40,250 nucleotides of DNA from a virus (lineage: Duplodnaviria > Caudoviricetes): positions 1 through 40,250 of the IMG/VR virus record IMGVR_UViG_3300024284_000010; one strand, 5' to 3'. Below are positions 35,016 to 40,250 of this stretch, piece by piece. Position numbers and translations under genes: made by a program. The notes below the pieces were generated by a model. The model saw only the letters and a program-made list of their open reading frames with translations. It did no database searches and was not told where the DNA came from. Numbering within the stretch: position 1 is the stretch's first letter; each line of letters opens with the position of its first letter.

Positions 35016-37511
35016 CTAAACAAGCCTCCCACCTGGTCTTACACTCATAACCATATTCAGCAATTGAAAATTTGATCTTGCAATACTATTTACTGCTATC
35101 TGCTCGTCAGTCATGTATAGACTCAGTTGAATCGTTTGAGCCTGAGCATCACAAAATAACCTATATATTGTCTCAGGTCCACCGCCAACTTGATAAGGAT
35201 TTAATGTAGTCAATATGATGTTAGATTGAGGATTATCACTCAAAGGAGTGTTTACAGGCACATCGCTAGAGTCAGCAAGAACATCGCAAGTTAATTGACC
35301 TGAATCCGTAACATCCATATAGAAATCGACTTTGCTTAACCGTGCGCGCTGAGCATTCTTGAAGAAGTTGAAAAACTTTGTGCTTATTCCAATATTGCTA
35401 ATTTTTGCTAATTCACCGCTACTAGCTACATAAACGCCAGTAGTAGCGACTATTGCTAGTCCTTGATCATCGGCATAGGATACAACTCTAATCGCAACAG
35501 CAGACGCCCCAATAGCAGGGTTAAAGTTTAAAATTATAGCTCCAGTAGTGTAATTAATTTGACCTGTCCCTAATGCACTATTTTCGAATAAAGTTCCGTC
35601 TAAGTCTGTATCAAAAAATACTAATGCACCAACATTAATTTGCACCGATCCAGGAATAATTGGCACATATCCAATCGACGTCGTGTAAGTCAATCCTGTA
35701 GCTGTTCCTCCATCAATAGCCTCGAATTCGCTAATAGTGAAAGTATTATCAGTAGTTAAAGCTTTGGATATTTTGAAATTGCGCCCATTAAGAGAAACCC
35801 CGTCATCGCTAGTCGTTCCAACAATTCCAGACAATGTTATCCATGTACCATCAGGAAGATTATTATTAGTCACAGTGAATACGCCTGGATTAGCAGCCGT
35901 CAAAGCCAATATAGTCAAAGAAGGCGCGTTTATTCCCGTCGGTTCTTCCAAAACAAAAACGTAACCTTGCTGATTGCCAGCTACAATAGATTCAAAACCG
36001 CTAGAAGAAACACCACTATTCCAAGAAAGAGTTCCATAGCTTGACCAAGGATCGGTTAACTCTGCCCATGTTTCTCCAGAGCTTGAAGGATAAAAGTATC
36101 CGAAACAAGTAAAGCAATCATCAAAGAATGCCCATGTCTTAGTATCATAATTAAAAACTAGCACTTTATCAGGGAAAGTGCCATCTGGGTTTTCACTGCT
36201 AGGTATCGTCCAGAAATTCAATCTAGTCTTAAAAGTCCTAATGCCTTGAACTCTTGTAAATCCGAAGTTTACTGCTCTAATCTGAAATATTTCATCAGGG
36301 ATTTTTTCATCGAAACGCTGAGTGTCATTACCATCGCTGATAACAATACCACGGTTTCCTATAGCCATCAGTCCTTTGTCAAACGGTATCGTAGATCCCG
36401 TACAGTCACTACCAAGCTCAACATTAACTCTCTCCCAAACGAAGGGATTCTGCGCATTATTAACAAACCGTAATCGCCAAGTGCTACGAGTAAAATAAAC
36501 GACGAGTATATCACGAATAAAAGCAGCACCAACAATAGCTTCGTTAGTAGGCGCATCATTAGCACCACCTTTTCCAAAAAGATCATCACGTGCAGCCCTT
36601 GGTTCAATTCCTTGTCTGTTCGGAAATACAGGTTGAGGAGCTGAATAATATGGAGTTCCTATTTCAGTCCATCGCGCCCTATTAGTATAGGTAAAAACTT
36701 GTGTTGGATTCTCATTTCCTTCCGTGGTGCTAAGAAATACAAGATATCCTCGATAAGGGAATATTAATAAGGCTCCCATAAGAGCATTATTAGGGTCAAT
36801 AGGAGGGTTATAATTAGCCCAGCCAGTACCATTTGATAGAACTCCATAATACCGAATACCGTCTTGATTGGTTACAGAAACCGAGCTATTTAGAGCTATT
36901 CCATTTGCTGTGTAAACACCAAAAGTTAAAGTGCTGATTGTATCCAATGTAAAAGTATTTGCGCCTGTGACAGTAATCGTATCAGAAAGTCCATTGATCT
37001 GAGTCATTCCACTGACGTTTATAAATACAACCGTTTGACCTGTTGTAAATCCATGTGGTGCTATCGTGGTAACTTGAGCTAAAGGAGCTGCTGCATTGGT
37101 AATACCTGATATCGCTGCCCCATGCAATCCAGGCTTATTATTCGTAGCCCAAAAAGCATTAGCATAATTAGCAGTATAGAAAAAGTCATGATCGGTGCCA
37201 CTCCAAACAGTTGGCATTACCGAAGGAAGAACAATGAAATTAGTTCCATTAAATTCATAAGCAGTCGTTAAATCAAATGCTACCAAACTCTGAATATTTA
37301 TACCGAATTGCTCTCGCGTTTTAAGCCCCATTACAGGCGACCCATTAGCGAGTTTGCCTAATAGAGTATATCCGGACCTTTTAACGATTCTACCGCGAAA
37401 TTGATAGGCATTAAGCAGCGTCTCAAACGAATCTTCAGCCGTTGCCCAAGGTTTTGTATTGGTTGTTATACCCTCATTAATCGGACCTATTAGAAATTGC
37501 TGTGTTGTCAT
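35016..37511 (-). CDS. Tail tubular B / P22 gp10-like stabilisation protein with FCCH-like inserts
   Basis: 831 aa; RGRIVKRSGYTLL N-terminal motif, KVLVFNYDTKTWAFF, beta-propeller-like composition. Confidence 0.7.
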   Translation of the reverse strand: MTTQQFLIGPINEGITTNTKPWATAEDSFETLLNAYQFRGRIVKRSGYTLLGKLANGSPVMGLKTREQFGINIQSLVAFDLTTAYEFNGTNFIVLPSVMPTVWSGTDHDFFYTANYANAFWATNNKPGLHGAAISGITNAAAPLAQVTTIAPHGFTTGQTVVFINVSGMTQINGLSDTITVTGANTFTLDTISTLTFGVYTANGIALNSSVSVTNQDGIRYYGVLSNGTGWANYNPPIDPNNALMGALLIFPYRGYLVFLSTTEGNENPTQVFTYTNRARWTEIGTPYYSAPQPVFPNRQGIEPRAARDDLFGKGGANDAPTNEAIVGAAFIRDILVVYFTRSTWRLRFVNNAQNPFVWERVNVELGSDCTGSTIPFDKGLMAIGNRGIVISDGNDTQRFDEKIPDEIFQIRAVNFGFTRVQGIRTFKTRLNFWTIPSSENPDGTFPDKVLVFNYDTKTWAFFDDCFTCFGYFYPSSSGETWAELTDPWSSYGTLSWNSGVSSSGFESIVAGNQQGYVFVLEEPTGINAPSLTILALTAANPGVFTVTNNNLPDGTWITLSGIVGTTSDDGVSLNGRNFKISKALTTDNTFTISEFEAIDGGTATGLTYTTSIGYVPIIPGSVQINVGALVFFDTDLDGTLFENSALGTGQINYTTGAIILNFNPAIGASAVAIRVVSYADDQGLAIVATTGVYVASSGELAKISNIGISTKFFNFFKNAQRARLSKVDFYMDVTDSGQLTCDVLADSSDVPVNTPLSDNPQSNIILTTLNPYQVGGGPETIYRLFCDAQAQTIQLSLYMTDEQIAVNSIARSNFQLLNMVMSVRPGGRLV

Positions 37512-37512
37512 A

Positions 37513-38112
37513 TTACGCGCTCGCTATAACTATCCATGTGAATGAAAAAACACCGATTGCCGTTGATGAAAGTATATCGAATTGAGAATTATTCAAAACA
37601 TTTGTACTAACAGTATTTGGGGTATTACTTTGTATATTATTAGGGAAAGCGATTGCACACCAAATAGCAGTAGGAGCAGGCGATAAAGTCACTGTTCCCG
37701 TTGCTGTCACAGTTCCAAAATAAAGAATATATCCACCAGGTAAAAAACTCTGAAATTGATTGGGTCCTGCAGTGTTAACGGTATTGTAAGTTAATTGCAT
37801 TCCAATATTTAACGCATCCGTTGGATCATTAGGAGTTGGCAAAAACTTCAATATTTGAGAAAATAATTGTGGCTGTGTTCCTGCTTTAGATGAAGCATCT
37901 TTGCAATATAAAGCCACCAAATCATTTACAACTCCCGGATCGCTCGCTTGTTTTTCTAAAATAACTTTTTCATGATCACCCTGATTTTTTGTATTCAATG
38001 CGCTATGATTTAATGCAAAAATAGAAGCAAACTGAGCGAAATTTGTCTGAATTTGTACTTGAGTAGCAGCCGGAGAAGGTTGAGATTGAGGAATAATTGG
38101 CGAATATGTCAT
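37513..38112 (-). CDS. Virion protein, paralog 3 of tandem trio
   Basis: Shared Q..I..NF...F..NH..L...G.H, LY.K, QLF and LPGG.ILYFG motifs. Confidence 0.65.
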   Translation of the reverse strand: MTYSPIIPQSQPSPAATQVQIQTNFAQFASIFALNHSALNTKNQGDHEKVILEKQASDPGVVNDLVALYCKDASSKAGTQPQLFSQILKFLPTPNDPTDALNIGMQLTYNTVNTAGPNQFQSFLPGGYILYFGTVTATGTVTLSPAPTAIWCAIAFPNNIQSNTPNTVSTNVLNNSQFDILSSTAIGVFSFTWIVIASA

Positions 38113-38747
38113 GTTGTATTACCTAAAACTATGTAATAATAAACAATACCTGGACTAAAACTATTTATTCTTGCTTGTAAAGTAGTTATTATCGGAGGTC
38201 GTTCGATTATGAATGAAACATCTGGTGAAATTGTTGGTATTGTACCAGCTGCACAAAAATTAAAAGCCATAATATTTGTACAGATAAAAGGATTTAAGTA
38301 TAATGTTCTACCATTTGTTGCTGAAAAATTAACTCCACCAAAATAAAGTATTAATCCTCCAGGAAGATAAGTAAAAAATCCAAATTGTCCAGGTTGAATA
38401 ACAGGTTGAGTATATATTTGATAGTTCGTTAACTGAACTTCTGTACCTGCTGCACTTCCACCTTGATACCTAAAATAAAGTTGATTAGTAGTTTGATTTA
38501 TCTGGACAAGTTCTTTGCAATATAGAGAATTCTCTCCAACACTTGTTTCTGGACCTTGTGTCTGTTTTAATAATTCAATATTTGTATGATTTCCCGAAGA
38601 AGAAACAGCATCTAAAGAAATATGATTCTTAAGAAATGCATTATATAGTTGTCCAAAATTGCTTAGAAAATCACTTTGAGAAACAGCAAGAAAGTCATTT
38701 GGTTGTGGAATAGATTTATCAAATTGATCTTTTGGCGTTATTGTCAT
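38109..38747 (-). CDS. Virion protein, paralog 2 of tandem trio
   Basis: Same motif set. Confidence 0.65.
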   Translation of the reverse strand: MTITPKDQFDKSIPQPNDFLAVSQSDFLSNFGQLYNAFLKNHISLDAVSSSGNHTNIELLKQTQGPETSVGENSLYCKELVQINQTTNQLYFRYQGGSAAGTEVQLTNYQIYTQPVIQPGQFGFFTYLPGGLILYFGGVNFSATNGRTLYLNPFICTNIMAFNFCAAGTIPTISPDVSFIIERPPIITTLQARINSFSPGIVYYYIVLGNTT

Positions 38748-39322
38748 TAGTTTCCTATCGCTAAGTAATAAATATCTCTGGTTGCGCCAATCTGCACTTG
38801 AAAATTTATATTAAATGATGATCCCGCAATATTTGTTGCTGCTGCTCCACCAACTACTGTACCAGTGAAATCTTTTACTCCTAAACCTACATATCTTAAT
38901 GTTGTTGCAGGACTAACCGTGACCAATGCACCATTTGCAGGATTGGAAATAATTCCAGTGTAAACAACGAAAGGCCCAGCCACAAAACTATATTGAGTTG
39001 CTGCATAAATAGGAGCTGATGAAGTTCCAATACTAGGATACGTCATCTGAATAGGCGTTTGGCTATTATTAGGTCTAAAGAAAAGGTTAGGGATACCAGC
39101 AACTTTCTTGTTATATATAGCAACTTGTGTCGCCGTAGTGGCTGGATCAACTGCTTGTGGTCGCAGAATCAATATGTTGTGTTTTCCTTGAAGATCCTGA
39201 TTGCCAAGAGGTGAATGATTCTTCGCAAACGCATTGAAAATTTCTGTAAAGTTAGCAGCGATTTGTTTTTGAGATATAACTCTTTTGGAGGTTGCCTGTG
39301 GAATTGCGCTATTGAAAGACAT
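38747..39322 (-). CDS. Virion protein, paralog 1 of tandem trio
   Basis: Same motif set. Confidence 0.65.
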   Translation of the reverse strand: MSFNSAIPQATSKRVISQKQIAANFTEIFNAFAKNHSPLGNQDLQGKHNILILRPQAVDPATTATQVAIYNKKVAGIPNLFFRPNNSQTPIQMTYPSIGTSSAPIYAATQYSFVAGPFVVYTGIISNPANGALVTVSPATTLRYVGLGVKDFTGTVVGGAAATNIAGSSFNINFQVQIGATRDIYYLAIGN

Positions 39323-39325
39323 TGA

Positions 39326-40250
39326 TTAGTTCCCCGAATATTCTTGACCAAAGAAATAACCTGCATAAGGTCTCCCAGGTTGACTAAATATAGTCGCTGC
39401 CCTCTGGCTTCCCATTTGTCTTAGTGTGCGTCTCTGTGCCATTTGTAATTGATCCTGATATATAGGCATAAGATAAGCCATACTTTCAGGATCTGGAAAG
39501 TCAGTATAAATAAGCTTTGCAGCTATAGCACAGATAAACAAATACCATTCATCCAACTCAGGTGCATCAGAATTAGCAATCAAGTCGGTCGGCTGCTGAC
39601 TAATTTGAAATTCAACCTGAAATACCTGCTGCGGAACTGGCCTAAATGTTATCTGCTGATTATAAAATATAACATCAGTTGGTCGAGATGACTGATAAGG
39701 CACCACAGAAGCGTATATTGGAGTGTTAGAGGGTATAACCAAAGTGAATGAATACGCACCGGTAACATAGTTCACCAATCCTACAGGAAAATTTGTTGTA
39801 TCAACTAGCAAACCAGTGTTTGTATTAATTTGTGGAGAATCTGAAATAGAGAAACTGTAGCCAGAATCATTGTAACCCGAAATAATTACTGCTGCCTCAG
39901 TAACATTGCCGAAAATATCCTGCTGTGCCCTCAAGAATGGTGTCGATGGTATTGTACCTGTATAAGTAAATAAACTTCCTGTGCCAGTAGATATTTGCTG
40001 ATTTACAGTCAATTTAGGCCATCTATTATAAAAAGTAGATTTATCTTGATAGTACCTTAAAATATAACCTTGACAATATACTGGGGGACTTATTGTAATA
40101 TTACCCGGTGTCTGAGTTACACTTTGCCCCTGGTTATTAGCTGGATTATTTTCGTATAAAAATGGGTATGTGTCAACATTTGGAATAGTAGTAAATACAT
40201 AAGGTTTAGTTAACTTTAAATTCTTGAATTGCTCTGGAAAATGTAAAGTA
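39326..40250 (-). CDS. Putative head-tail adaptor (3' part; starts at 116 across the junction)
   Basis: Frame is open from the window end to the stop at 39326; C-terminal ITFRPVP...ELDEWYLFICAIAAKLIY is typical of podovirus adaptors. Confidence 0.7.
   Translation of the reverse strand, partial: TLHFPEQFKNLKLTKPYVFTTIPNVDTYPFLYENNPANNQGQSVTQTPGNITISPPVYCQGYILRYYQDKSTFYNRWPKLTVNQQISTGTGSLFTYTGTIPSTPFLRAQQDIFGNVTEAAVIISGYNDSGYSFSISDSPQINTNTGLLVDTTNFPVGLVNYVTGAYSFTLVIPSNTPIYASVVPYQSSRPTDVIFYNQQITFRPVPQQVFQVEFQISQQPTDLIANSDAPELDEWYLFICAIAAKLIYTDFPDPESMAYLMPIYQDQLQMAQRRTLRQMGSQRAATIFSQPGRPYAGYFFGQEYSGN

Overview
The window appears to be a complete, circularly closed, AT-rich tailed-phage genome of about 40,241 bp: the last 9 nt repeat nt 1-9, and one ORF reads in frame across the join. 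It has a podovirus-type layout. Most genes are on the minus strand: TerS/TerL, a P22-like portal, scaffold, an N4-gp56-type major capsid protein (MCP), head-tail adaptor, tail tubular/stabilisation protein, probable ejection proteins and fibres. A lambdoid-style early region carries a Cro-like HTH, an HTH initiator with iterons, a RecT-like/YqaJ pair, a RusA-like protein, an SSB-like protein and a DNA methyltransferase. I found no integrase, CI repressor, DNA polymerase or lysis gene. The main observation is that the MCP gene is in three exons. One insertion is a 785-nt group I intron with an antisense LAGLIDADG gene. The other, 31 nt upstream, is a 48-nt core-less mini-intron with two in-frame stops. 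It keeps a complete P1 (U.G at the 5' splice site), a P10 and a terminal G, and may be excised by the neighbouring ribozyme. Other highlights are a dif-like site near a tiny FtsK-gamma-like ORF (possible Xer-mediated lysogeny), a methyltransferase split in two by a free-standing endonuclease, a C10 frameshift in the initiator, and a tRNA-like element with an AAA anticodon. All family assignments come from motif recognition by eye; no searches were run.
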